Shown here piece after piece: positions 37,202-49,998 of a stretch of 64,000 nt of DNA. The notes under the pieces were generated by a model. The model was not told the DNA's origin. It saw only the letters and a list, made by a program, of their open reading frames with translations, and made no database searches. The stretch is from contig NC_042997.1 in the NCBI RefSeq assembly GCF_006345805.1, forward strand, positions 194,680,001-194,744,000, given 5' to 3'. Source of the DNA: Octopus sinensis (taxonomy: Eukaryota). Each line of letters begins with the position of its first letter. The first letter of the stretch is position 1. A program made the position numbers and the translations under genes.

Positions 37202-37606
37202 TAGACCAGATATAGTTGTCAGAGATCATGAAGAAAAGAAAAATGCTTTCTAATTGATGTATCAATACCGGCAGATGACAACGTGTCTCTAAAAGAAATG
37301 GAGAAACTCTCAAAATACAAAGACCTGGAAATAGAGGTAACCAGAATGTGGAATCTAAAAACAGAAACAATTCCTATCATAGTAGGTGCATTAGGCATGA
37401 TAAAAAAATATTCAGACAAATACATAACAAAAACACCAGGACTTACAAACACATATAACATACAGAAAATTGCACTACTAGGCACTGCACACATCCTACG
37501 CAGAACACTTTCCATACAATAACCATCAGAGCATCACAGCACATACCCAAGGCATACAGAGCTGCGCTCGGTAGTGAAGTGAAAGCACGCTATAAAAATA
37601 AAACTA

Positions 37607-37649
<43 letters not shown>

Positions 37650-37670
37650 TAATAATAATAATAATAAAAT
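37201..37670 (+). mobile_element. R4/Dong-clade LINE 3' end inserted in (TAA)n
   Basis: RPDIVVRDHEEKK/CFLIDVSIPADDNVSLKEMEKLSKYKDLEIEVTRMW...IVGALG...IQKIALLGTAHILRRTL with one frameshift; (TAA)n on both sides. Confidence 0.82.
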
Positions 37671-37985
37671 TATTGTATACAGTGCTCAGGTGCACCACAA
37701 CTTGTCAGAAAGTGCGTATAAAGCATCTGCAGTAATGTACAAATGTCTGGAAAGTGAACAGTGTATGAGTCAGATACATGCTTGCGTGTGTATGGAGGGA
37801 AGAAAATCAGGTGTAAGTGTTGACAAATCTTAGGAAGCATGGAAGTTTTGAAGGATGCAGTGCTCCGACAACTAACAACTGATGCCGGCAATTTGTTCCA
37901 TGCTTCAGTAACTCTCAGTATGAAAAAATGTTTCCTAAAGTCATGGGAGCTGTGCTGTTTTCTGACTTTGTAAATATGTCCACGG
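37670..37985 (-). mobile_element. CR1-like LINE 3' end
   Basis: Reverse complement of the element at 6760-7032 (VAEAWNKLPASVVSCRSTASFKTSML). Confidence 0.75.
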
Positions 37986-38366
37986 ATATGGTCAAAGGCA
38001 CCAAGTCACTCAATGAACAAGATTTATGATTGAAGTATTCTAGTTTCAGCCACCTCATCTTTTTCTCTATTTCAGACAACATTATTTAACCCTTTCATTA
38101 CTGTATTTATTTTGAGATGCTTTGTGTTTCTTTCAATAAATTTTAAATATAACAAAGAATTTAGTAAAATAACTTAATTATCATTCAGCTAGTGGTAGGA
38201 ACATAAATTGTGACAATACGACGCTATTGTATAGCTTCACTGCATATTCCAGTAAATATTGGTGCCTTGTTGTACCACTTATCTATTTTTATACGTATAA
38301 TTCTACCCTTATGGGGCTTAATTTTACTGGAAAGTAATACATTTGTATTACAATATTATTTTTCAT

Positions 38367-38400
<34 letters not shown>

Positions 38401-40408
38401 CGGGCTTCTTTCAGTCTCTGTCTACCAAATCCACTCACAAGGCTTTGGTCGGCCTGAGGTTATAGCAGAAGACACTTGCGCAAGGTGCATGCTGTAGAAC
38501 TGAACCCAGAACCATGTGGTTGGTAAGCAAGCTACTTACCACACAGCCACTCATGTGCCTGAGTGTACCCACCATTTCTTTTTTTTTTTTACACATTAAA
38601 TTCTGATATAATTGTAATCTACACCATCTGAAAAGTATTTGTAGAAAATTTCAATAAAACATTCCCATTTTGCTGTAAGATATGAGGAAACAAAGATAAC
38701 TCATGTGAATTTTCCAAAACTCCTCTCCCTGCCTCACCTCAGAAAATTTTTTTCACAACAACTTCCAATATAATCGTAAACTATACCATCTGAATGGTGT
38801 TTCTAGAAATTTTCAATCAAACATATCCATTTTCCTGAAAGTTATTAGGACAAAAAAATCGCAAAGTGGGGGCTGGGCAGAGATATGCCTATTTTTCATG
38901 TACAGCATATGTAGGACCACATTATATGAAGTCCCCTGATGTAAGATCGTAGGATGTGGGTTCAGGGAGATTTGACTGCTATTTTTAGCGGGTTGTGTGA
39001 TTGTGTAGAAGCACTTTGACTTGCAATATCTCGTTTTCGTTTTTGTTCTCTTCCTCATTGTTACTGCTGCAGATGTTGTAGCTAGTATTACAGTTACTAC
39101 TGTTGTTGCTGTTGATAGAGTAAACCTATGGTCAAAGACACTCCAGCCTTGATCATCTCGTCTTTTTTTTTACCGATATGCAGGACTAAATTTTGGAGAT
39201 TAGGCTGCTATTTCTAGCAATTCAAATAACCATGTAAAGGCTCCGTACTTGACTTGTAATGTTACTGTTGCTGGTAGGGGTGGTGGTGGTGGTGATGGTG
39301 GTGGTGGTTGTGGTGGTTGTGGTAGTGGTGGTGGTTGTGGTGGTGGTGGCGGTGGCAGTGGTGGTGGTGGTGGGTTTGGCAGTGGCAGCAGTCATGTGGT
39401 TGCAGTAGTTGTAGTAGTGGTTGCTGCATCATATATATATAAGACAGGCTTCTTTCAGTTTCCATCTACCAAATCCACACACAAGACTTTGGTTGGCCCG
39501 AGGCTATAGTATAAGACACTTGCCCAAGGTACCACACAGTAGAACTGAACCCAGACCCATGTGGTTGGTAAGCAAGCTACTTACCACACAGCCACTCATG
39601 TGCCTTGATCAAAAGCATTCCTTCCATGACCATCCTGTCTTTTCCTTCCTGCTGGTCCCAATGTGCAGTGAACATTTGTGTCTGCACCAAAAAGAGACAA
39701 AGGGCACAGCAGGTCAAGAAGCTTGTGACTCTTTTTATATTTTTGTTTGTTTTATAGTGAAAGGAATGCCAATGTCCAATAGTTTTTACTGGCCTTCCCC
39801 AGATCAGTGAGATCAATTTCTTTTTATGTTTAGCTTGAATTTCTGGACATTGATGTACGTTGGAAATTGCGAGCAGTTATAAGGTTGCAAAGGGTTTCAG
39901 GTGTACTGCTTCCTACATGTGACATGTGGATTTGTTCATTTTGGAGTAGGTTGAGCTAGCTCTGACCAGTGAATTCACCATGTTCCTGTTGAACGCTGGC
40001 CACATCCAATAGCTGACCAGAGAAGAAGCCGGCTCAACCATAACATTCCAGCAGTTGACCAATAGTTGACCATAACATTCAGGTCAGTCTGCGCAGATGG
40101 AACTGCGAATGGCTCGCTATCTCCAGTGACCCCACACGGGACTGTCAAGCGTGGGCCACCATGGTTCGGGATGCCATTAGGACCAGAGAAGAAGCTGGCT
40201 CAACCCGCCCTGGGTGAACGCCGTCACAAGTACAAGTAAGTACAACATTCCAGCAGGCAAAAAAAAAAGCTTCTGCCTGCAACCCAAAAATCCAGCTTAC
40301 AAAATTGACAAATTCTCCACTGGGGAACAAATGCATTGGATAGCACAGAGGCCATAACTGTAATCGTCATTTGTTGTTGAGGTGTAGAGCTCATGTTTGG
40401 AGATTCAG

Positions 40409-40537
40409 TGGGCAAAGTTCAAAGAGCTCTTACCTCTACTGGTGACAAAGGGCCTCTCGCTCAGAGTAAAAGGCAGACTGTATGACGCATGTGTATGAAC
40501 AGCCATGCTACATGGCAGTGAAACATGGGCCGTCACT
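40409..40537 (+). mobile_element. RTE-clade LINE internal fragment
   Basis: WAKFKELLPLLVTKGLSLRVKGRLYDACV*TAMLHGSETWAV. Confidence 0.75.
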
Positions 40538-41011
40538 TGGGGTAGATTAAGCTGGCTCTGACTAGTGAGTTGATTATGTTTCTGTTGAATGCTGACCACA
40601 TCCGACAGTTGACCATAACATTCCGGCAGGCAAAAAAAAGCTTCTGCCTGCAACCCAAAAATCCAGCTTGCAAAATTGACAAATACTCCACTGGGGAGCG
40701 AATGCATTGGATAGCACAGAAGCCATAACTGTAGTCATCGTTTGTTGTTGAGGTGTAGAGCTCATGGTTGGAGATTCAGTGGGAATACAAGTTTACATTT
40801 GGTCCCCAGTCGCATACATACATACTTTGGAATAGTGTGATCCATAGCAGCTCATCTTGCTATTGATTGTTGACCATCACAGGATTCACTGACCAAGTCA
40901 CCACCAATTATCAGAGCAGGATATCTGGAACAGTAGGGTAGCTAGGGAGGGGGAGATGGCGATAGCCCACGCTGGACGATGCTTCTATGGTGAAAGCATT
41001 TTTTAATCTAC

Positions 41012-41102
41012 TTTTGGAGATTAGGCTGTTATTTCTAGCAATTTTGGAGATTAGGCTGTTATTTCTAGCAATTTTGGAGATTAGGCTGCTATTTCTAGCA
41101 AT
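41012..41102. repeat. Tandem repeat of about 30 bp, three units
   Basis: ttttggagattaggctgttatttctagcaa three times. Confidence 0.85.
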
Positions 41103-41790
41103 TCAAATAGTCATGTAAAGGCTCTGTACTTGACTTGTAATGTTACTAGTGGTGGTGGTGGTGGCGGCGGCGGCGGCGGTGGTTGTGGTGGTGGTGGTGG
41201 CAGCGGCAGTCATGTGGTTGCAGAAGTTGTAGTAGTGGTTGTTGCATTGTATATATATACGACGGGCTTCTTTCAGTTTCTATCTACCAAATCCACTCAC
41301 AAGGCTTTGGTTGGTCCAAATTGCTAGAAAATAGCAGCCTAATCTCCAAAAGCCGGTATGGAGGTCAGAATGGCAGGAGACAACAAATGCAAAAACTGTC
41401 CCTTATGGCACACACTCTAACTGCTGTGCTACCATTTTGAAGGCAGATTGTCTGATCAAAGTATTTTGTAAAAGACAGGAGACAATAAAAATCACAAAAG
41501 TATGAGAAATTGTTGAGCCAAAATGGACCTAGATTAAGGCAGCATACATGCTGTTGCTCCAGACAAACAGTGACCATTTTTATTTGGAATAGAAGAGCCA
41601 GAGAGGGGCATACGGCATGTTGTATTAATTAAAATTAACAATTAATAATATTGTTTTGTTTTAATGAGTGTTTGCCAATTAATCCTTTAGCATTTCGATT
41701 ACTCTATCAAATGTAATGCTTAATTATTCACAGATGGTGCTCTTAGCACTCCACTAGCATGGATGCCAGTCAAGCGGTGCTCTATATATC

Positions 41791-41835
<45 letters not shown>

Positions 41836-42882
41836 CTGGAATCAATTTGTTCAACTAAAGGAAGTGCTCCATCATGGCCGCAGTCAAAATGACAGACAAA
41901 TAAAAGAATATATATATATATATAATTATATAAATATATATATGATATATATAATTATATAAATATGTATATATAATATATATAATTATATATATGTGTG
42001 TGAGTGTGTATATAATTATATATCATGAAATTAGCATTAGCTTATCTTACTCTGTCTTGCAGTAGGGACCTTTTGCGAAACCCTAGAGTTCCAGGGAACC
42101 CCAGTTGAGAAAAAAAGAAAAAGAGGAGATTGTCACAATTAGAACATAGGCCACAACTAGAATTATAGGTTAACTCAATTACAGCTGACACTAGGCTAAA
42201 CAACAACAGCAGCAGGAGCAGGAGTAGGAGTAGGAGGTGGAAGAAGAAGGAGAGAAGGAGAGAGAAGGGCATGGATTCATGTGTTGCACCAAGTCGTTTG
42301 CCTGAGCACCTAAATGCCATCAGTCTGTCTGATCATGGCTGACCTGGGGCTACACAACAGCAACGATACTACAACCATCACCACCACCACCAGTACTACT
42401 ACTACTGCTTCATCTACTAGCACGATTTCATCTTAGCAGATTATCTTTACAACTAATAGGGATTTAAAAAGTGCATTCAGCTTCTCTGTTGTCATAACAC
42501 TTAACATGTGATTATTACTTTTAGATGATTTAATTAATCTATTGATTAACTAAACACTATAAATAGCTGTGCTAAATGATATCCAAGGATCGATTTTTTT
42601 TTAAAATTATTTAATCGTTAGAAAATGACGGAGAGTTGAATTATTAAAGTGTCAGACAAAAATTACTTGCAGTAGTATCTAGTTTTGTCCCTTTATGGTC
42701 TGAGTTCAAATTCCACCCAGGTCCATTTTACTGTTCATCTTTGTTGACCTGATAAATAATTTGCTTGTCAGCATTTTGTGTTGTTTTTTTTTTAAACATG
42801 GGTTGAGCGGATTGTGCATAATTTGATGACAAAAAACGGATTTGAAAGCTTTGCTGATGTGGTTGATAGAATGATATATATA

Positions 42883-43113
42883 AGGCAGTGAGTTGGCAGA
42901 AACGTTAGCGTGCCGGGCGAAATGCTCAGCGGTATTTCATCTGCCGTTACGTTCTGAGTTCAAATTCCTCCGAGGTCAACTTTGCCTTTCATCCTTTCGG
43001 GGTCGATAAATTAAGCACCAGTTACACAATGGGGTCGATGTAATCGACTTAATCCCTTTGTCTGTCCTTGTGTGTCCCATCTATGTTTAGCTCCTTGTGG
43101 GCAGTAAAGAAAT
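42883..43113 (+). mobile_element. SINE family 2 monomer
   Basis: Family 2 head to tail; TSD agaatgatatatata. Confidence 0.85.
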
Positions 43114-44559
43114 AAGAATGATATATATAGGAGCAGAATGAGACAATTGGGCACAGCTGTTTGGATGCTGACAATTTGGCATGGCTAACTAGACGTTTTA
43201 GCCATGGCTCTTTTGGTGACTATACTTTTTGGCACTGAAAGCAAAATACACAGACACACACACACAGAAATATACACATAGAATTGACATGAACACTTTT
43301 CCTCTGCTAATTCACATAAAGAGAAATAAACAGAGAGATCAAAATGAGGAAAACATTAAAACGTCTGATGACAAATAAGTTTGTATCGAATCAGTGATGC
43401 CAAACTGACAGAACCAAAACAGCTGTGCCAAAACGTCTCACACCCATCTTGCAGCTTTGTTTGTTATTAAAGGCATTGTGTGTTTTCTATATCAGGTTTG
43501 CAAATAGTTTATGTGCAGGTCTGAACCCATGTTAGGATTTGGAGAGTGGAAATGTGTAAATGAGGGAAATCCAACATTAACATTCCAGAATTTTTTAGGA
43601 TATACACAGAAGGAAAATGTATCTCTGTGATGTTCTTCATTTAGGTTAATTCATTTGGGCCTTTGTTGGGCTTTAGAATTGTTACCATTTTACTCTGCTT
43701 CTAGATTCTGGGAATTGAGAGTGTTTGTACAGGTACGTGTAAATGTTGATGAGTATAAGGATTCCTTCAGGCCCTAAGAAATATATTTTTTTAATTTTGT
43801 CTGTCACTGAGTATCTTGAGGTTTAGATTTCTCTATTGGCTTAAATGTTCAAGGAAAAGAAGAGATCAAAATTGTAGTCTAGGTAGAAGGTAATTATATA
43901 TATTAAATATATATTTATATAATTAAAATTAAATAAGGGTAGAAATTGATATTAATCAATTAAAACCAGTGGCCTAGCATATTTTAAAAAATTCCGAAGA
44001 TTAAAAATTTTTTTACATACAAAATTTAGAGGACTGACCACTAAAAAAAAATGGACAGCATATATGCTAGATATAGACATCAAAATCGCCATTTTCCACG
44101 AAGAATGTGTTCTCAAGAAAAAATTCAGCAAAAAACCAAAGTGTAATAATTATGTATATCGTTTTGTGTTTAATTATTCATAGGCATAGGAGTGGCTGTG
44201 TGGCAAGTAGCTTGTTTACCAACCACATGGCTCTAGGTTCAGTCCCACTGCGTGGCACCTTGGGCAAGTGTCTACTACTATAGCCTCGGGCTGACCAAAG
44301 CCTTGTGAGTGGATTTGGTAGACAGAAACTGAAAGAAGCCCGTCATATACATGTATGTGTGTGTGTATGTTTGGCATGATTTTTTTGTGGCAGATTTCAG
44401 AATCATGTGATGTGAAGTTCATGGGACTATTGTTACTGTTGTTGTTGTGGCTTGCCACTTTTCACAGTGTTTGGGGTAAATTTGACTGTTTAAAAGGAAA
44501 AGAAAACATATCCCATTCACAGATAAAAGTTTTTTAGAAACTCAAAAAATATCAACTAG

Positions 44560-44777
44560 ATTATGTGTGTGTATATGGGTGTCTGTGTGTAGGTATGAGT
44601 GTGTATGTAGTTATATGTGTGTGTGTGTGCGTATCTATATAGATGTATGTGTATGTGTCTGTATGTGTGTATCTGTATATGTGTGCATGTATTTGCATGT
44701 GTATCTGCATGTATGTATATGTGTGTGTATGTATGTAGGTATGAGTGTGTATGTGTCTGTATATGTATGATTGTGTG

Positions 44778-44808
<31 letters not shown>

Positions 44809-45030
44809 TTATGTATGTATGTATGTATGTATGTATGCATGTATGTATGTATGTATGCATGTATGTATGTATGTATGTGTGTGTGTGCATGTTTGTGTTT
44901 GTATGTACATGTGCGTGTGTATGTGTATGTGTGAGTGTGTGCGTGCATGTGTTTGTCTGCATGTATGTGTGTGTATGTGTGTATATGTATGTGTGTGAAT
45001 GCGTATGTGTGAATGTGTGTATGTATATAT
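44560..45030. repeat. Compound (TG)/(TATG)n low-complexity tract
   Basis: Directly visible; source of the His/Thr and Cys/Val/Met pseudo-ORFs. Confidence 0.95.
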
Positions 45031-45392
45031 ATTCTCTGTGGTCCCTCACTTCAACCTGTTTCGCTATCTGTTGTGCTTCTGTTTCTAATCCTTTAGGATT
45101 TTCTTCTGAGCATTATCCACACTTTAATCTCTGTCCAGCTCTATAGCTGTATCCTGTTCATTTACCTTATCCTCATCCTCTCAGCCATTCATTAATGGTC
45201 CCGCCTTGAACTACATTTATTCATGTTCAAATACTCTTTACTCTTTTACTCTTTTACTCTTTTACTTGTTTCAGTAATTTGACTGTGGCCATGCTTTTGC
45301 GTTGCATGTCTATCCATTTATTGTTTGTCCATTCTTGCTATGTTTTTGTTCCGTTTCCCAGCAGCTTTTCTTCTTGCTGGCACCATCATCAC

Positions 45393-45426
<34 letters not shown>

Positions 45427-46227
45427 GTTTAACGTCTGTTTTCCATGCTGGTATGGGTTGGACGGTTCAACTGGGGTCTGGGAAGCCAAGAGGCTGCACC
45501 AGGCACCAGTCTGATCTGGCAGTGTTTCTGCAGCTGGATGCCCTTCCTAACACCAACCACTCTGAGAGTGTAGTGGGTGCTTTTACATGCCACTGGCACA
45601 GGTGCCGGATGAGGCTGGCATTGACCACGATCGGATGGTGCTTTTTACATGCCACCAGCACAGAAGCTAGTCAAAGTGGCACTGGCATCGGCCAAAATCA
45701 GTATTATCATTAATTGTGTTTGACCCTCAACTGATGAGGATTTCATGACCTTCTGTGCCTGTTTTCCGTTTGTTTGTGCATTTATTATATGTTCTTTTAC
45801 CTTATTTGTTTACATACATAGTAATTTCACACTTAGCATCTATAAAAGCTAAATTTATAAGTTCAAAAATTACAGAAGAATTTGTTAGTGGGCAGTTTAG
45901 CTTAAAGGTAAAGCACTATGACCGGTAATCACAGAGATGTGAGTTTGAGTCTCATGGCTGACTGCTAACAAAGTTTTCTGCAATATAAGGATGTTCCATC
46001 CCATTTATGCTATTCAGCTTTATTATTATATGTTTGAGAATAAAATGTTTCCATATCTGTGTATGTATATATACATATATATATATATGTTTGATTTGAT
46101 TTGAAAACCCCACTAGAATGGGAGAAAGCGCTAATGATCTAAGTGATATGATATATATATATAAAATTTAATATATAAATAAATATCTGTAAATATAAAC
46201 CATCTGATCTTCTGATTACCTCATTTC

Positions 46228-46266
<39 letters not shown>

Positions 46267-46271
<5 letters not shown>

Positions 46272-46460
46272 ATCCAAACATGAACAAAGAGATAACACAA
46301 CAATGCGAGGACGTGGAACAAGTATAGTGTTATTGGATGCTCAGGAAAGGAAAGAAAGAAGGAGGATTTTAACATTTCGAGCGGAGCTTTTCGTCAGAAA
46401 TATAGAAAAAAGGAAATCTCCAAGAAAGGGAAGATGGAGAAAGAAAATTGCCAACGATAC
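46267..46460 (-). mobile_element. Probable Penelope-like terminal fragment next to (TA)n with a decayed hammerhead motif
   Basis: Minus 46366-46401 reads AUUU CUGACGA AAAGC UCC GCUC GAAA UGUUA AAAU. Confidence 0.4.
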
Positions 46461-46602
46461 ACACACACACACACACACGATAAATGTAAACAAACCAATG
46501 TTTGCCTTAGAAGCACTGAAATGTGTTTCATGTATTTTATCCTGTCTCTGCTGTTCTGTCAGTGTTTGTGAGTTTGAAAATAAATTATCTTATTTGTATC
46601 CC

Positions 46603-46639
<37 letters not shown>

Positions 46640-47354
46640 CATTATTATTATTTAATGTCTACCTTCTATGCTGTAAAAATCCTGCCAAAACAGACACAGT
46701 AGCTTGGGTTAGTTTTCAACTTGGCCAGCTCCTGTCAACAGTCCTACCCATGCATGCATGTGGAAGATGGACATTAAACATCGATGATGTATTCTGCGTA
46801 CAATCTCTTCCCCTCTCTATGCATTCTCTCAACTTCATTTTTATATAGTTTCTATATATATTCCCATGCTGGTGCCATGTGAAAAGCACCCAGAACACTC
46901 TGTAAAACGGTTGGTGTTGGGAAGGGCATCCAGCTATAGGAACCCAGCCAAGGCAAACAACTGGAGATCGGTGCAGCTCTCCAGCTTGCCAACTCCTGCC
47001 AAGCCATCCAACCCATACCAGCACAGAAAACAGAGTTTAAATGATGTTCTCCTCTCTATTTCTCTGTGATTTATCCCTTTAGCCTTTAAGCCAGCTGTAT
47101 CCATCTTAAATATTCTACTTGCTTTACATTCAAACTGCCACATCCAGTCTTTCAAACCTATCCTACAATGTCATTTCAAAAATAAACAATCACATCATTG
47201 AAATCTCAAATCTACAAGCTGATGCATTACTAATTCAAAACAAGGTGAATAAATAAGCTTCACATTTGACAAAGTCTTCCAAATGGTAAAGAGTTCAAGA
47301 AATCTTTCCTCTTTCTTTTCCAGATTATTCTTTCCTGCCTGAAACAATTCCAAG

Positions 47355-47409
47355 ATGGCCAATCCAAAATCATGGGGTCAGTCATTTGAGTTTCTCATCA
47401 GAAGTGAAG
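47355..47409 (+). CDS. RGS-domain protein, first coding exon (acceptor at 47324)
   Basis: cttttccag acceptor, in-frame TGA at 47340, aagATGg start. MANPKSWGQSFEFLIRSE g|gtaagg (phase 1) is the RGS helix-1 W..SF..L motif. Confidence 0.85.
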
Positions 47410-47639
47410 GTAAGGGGACAACATATTTTGGTATTTTATTCAGTTGTTTTTAGTGCACCCATGCTGCTGGCATGCAAAGAACACCTTTCAAGCCTTGGGT
47501 CTCACAGAGGCAAAGAGGCTGAGCTTCTTTTGAGTGTTGGACCTCACGGAGGCTATGACTGAGATCTTTGGCATTCTGTCGTGCTTGAGAAGACCCATCA
47601 AGTCAAGCAAAATCATAGTCGTGGCAGATACTAGTGTCA

Positions 47640-48005
47640 CACAAATTGGTACACATGTCAGTGGTGCGTAAAAGCACCCCAGTGTTACACAAATGGCACC
47701 TGTGCTGGTGGCACGTAAAAATACCCGAGTGTTACACAAATGGCACCTGTGCTGGTGGCATGTAAAAGCACCTGAGCGTTACACAAATGGCACCTGTGCT
47801 GGTGGCACGTAAAAGCACCAGAGTGTTACACAAATGGCACCTGTGCTGGTGGCGCGTAAAAGCACCTGAGTGTTACACAAATGGCACTTGTGCTGGTGGC
47901 ACGTAAAAGCACCCCAGTGTTACACAAATGGCACCTGTGCTGGTTGCATGTAAAAGCACCCCAGCGTTACACAAATGGCACCTGTGCTGGTGGCATGTAA
48001 AAGCA
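47640..48005 (+). repeat. 47-bp minisatellite, about 7.5 units
   Basis: ttacacaaatgg starts at 47685, 47732, 47779, 47826, 47873, 47920 and 47967. Confidence 0.93.
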
Positions 48006-48432
48006 ACCACTACACTCTCGGAGTGGTTGGCATTAGGAAGGGCATCCAGCTGTAGAAATTCTGCTAGATCAGATTGGAGTGTGGTGCAGCTTTCCAGTGT
48101 GCAAGCCCAGTCAAACCATCCAACTGGGAGATAACAGTTTATTCAAAGTAGCCATCCTCAACTCCCACCACGATCTTAAGACAACTGCAGAATTTAGTAC
48201 ATGCATTCTACACTGTGTCACTGTGAAGGTCTATGAACACCTTCTTGATCTTCCCCACCAGCTCAGCCTTGGTTTTGCAGACAGAGCAGTTGGTGTCTTT
48301 CTCAATCACACCTCACACACAGTAGCCCATGGGATTACAATCAGGGGGAATTAGATTTTTAAATAGACATTTTTATATATAAGAACATACTCTTTGTTTA
48401 TCTTCAACTTGTTGATATGTTTGTTCACATTA

Positions 48433-48694
48433 ATAATAATAATGAATGCACCCTTTTAAAGCCTAGCCAGGCTCATGGGCCCCGTTTCCCGGTTTCTATA
48501 GCGTATGTGTTCCCCAGCTGGACGGGACGCCAGTCCATCGCAGCGTTACTGATTTTTGCCAGCTGAGTGGACTGGAGCAACGTGAAATGAAGTGTTTTGC
48601 TCAAGAACACAACGCGTCGCCTGGTCCAGGAATCAAAACCACAATCTTACAATCATGATGCTGACACCCTAACCACTAAGCCACATGCCTCCAC
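48433..48694 (-). mobile_element. V-SINE-like element with (TTA)n tail
   Basis: Minus strand: tRNA head, gttgtgttcttgagcaaaacactt, ctgcgatggactggcgtcccgtccag; TSD-like ttcacatta. Confidence 0.7.
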
Positions 48695-48728
48695 TTCTTC
48701 ACATTACTAACTCATTATATCCATTTAC

Positions 48729-49031
48729 GTGAAAGCACATGGCCTAGTGGTTAGAGCAGTGAACTCACGGTCGAGGGATCGTGGGTTTGAATCTCAGACC
48801 GGGCGATGTGTGAGTTTATGAGCGAAATACCTAAGCTCCACGCGGCTCCGGCAGAAGGTAATAGCAAACTTCTGCTGACTCTTTCACCACAACTTTCTCT
48901 CACTCTTTCCTCCTGCATCTAGCAGCTCACCTGCGATGGACTGTCGTCCCATCCAGGTGGGGAACCTATTCACCAAAGAAACCAGGAAACCAGCCCTTAT
49001 GAGCCAGGCATGGCTCGAGAAGGAACACTCA
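48729..49031 (+). mobile_element. SINE family 3, tail type C with V-domain-like motif
   Basis: Family 3 head and body, then cctgcgatggactgtcgtcccatccag; TSD atatccatttac. Confidence 0.75.
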
Positions 49032-49306
49032 ATATCCATTTACACTTGTTTACAACAATCGTGTGATTAATTAGTCAAGGATTAATGCATCTGGTATGTA
49101 CCATACTTGATAGCATTGTATGCACTTCTTTCTCAAAAATCACCCTTGGCCCTATTTACAAAGTAGAGCCTCCAATAAGCTTTAAAACATTAAGTGCCTT
49201 TTCCCCTGAATATGCATTGCTGAAATTGGGGCATGTCTAATATGCCCCTGTGTCTTTTATGTCAACAAATACAGTTTACAATTTTACCGTTTTCTTTTAT
49301 ATCCAG

Positions 49307-49473
49307 ATGGTGTGAAACTGTTTAAGCAATATCTGAAAAGCCAATTCTGTGATGAGAACCTGGACTTTTGGCTTGCTGTAGAGAACTTTCGAGATAATGT
49401 AGATGATGATGAACTCGCAAAGCAAGCTGGTATCATTGTGAAAACCTATGTTTCTAAAAAGGCCACCCGTGCT
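49307..49473 (+). CDS. RGS-domain protein, middle coding exon
   Basis: atccag|at GVKLFKQYLKSQFCDENLDFWLAVENFRDNVDDDELAKQAGIIVKTYVSKKATRA|gtaagt; RGS F..YL.S.F..ENL.FW motif. Confidence 0.93.
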
Positions 49474-49998
49474 GTAAGTATTTCTGTAGTCTTCAGTTAA
49501 CTTTCTTTTAGAAGCTCTTGTAAGGAAAGTAAGCCCCTGGATATAGGTTTCTCAAGCCCTTGGCCTTATAGGGCCAGTTATCTAGTTTCTATGGCATATA
49601 AGTGACCGGATTGGCATACAAGGGTGAGAAGGTGACTCAAAATTGTATGTGTGTGCATGTGCATGTATGTGTTCATGCATGTATTTGTGTGTGTGTGTGT
49701 GTGTGTGTGTGCGTGCACGTGTGTGTGTCTTTATGTCTGTGTTTGTTTCCACCTCTGCTTGACAACCAATGTAAATGCGTTTATGTCCCTGTGACTTAGT
49801 GGTTCAGCAAAAGAGACCAATAGAATAAGTATCAAACATTAAAAACAATTAAGTACTGGGATCAATTCATTCAACCAAAAATTCTTCAAGGTGGTGCCCC
49901 AGCATGGCCACAGTCAAATGACTGAAACAAGTAGAAGATAAAAGAAATGGCCAGATTGGCAGAATTGTAGAGTATTGGATAAAATGTTTTATAATATA

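Noticed and set aside
39262-39509. Poly-Gly and poly-His ORFs
   Set aside because: (GGT)n microsatellite, duplicated at 41150.
43360-43400. CUGAUGA...GAAU possible hammerhead inside a small TIR element (about 43139-43440)
   Set aside because: Extra bases before GAAU, a non-canonical core and no stem I partner.
44556-45146. Cluster of 63-162-aa ORFs rich in H/T/Y or C/V/M
   Set aside because: Translations of a TG/TATG microsatellite.
46303-46848. Longest ORF in the track (181 aa)
   Set aside because: Runs through a Penelope-like fragment and (CA)/(TG) tracts; no domain and no splice support.
47640-48005. CRISPR-like regular array
   Set aside because: Units are contiguous with no unique spacers, the context is eukaryotic, and there are no cas genes.
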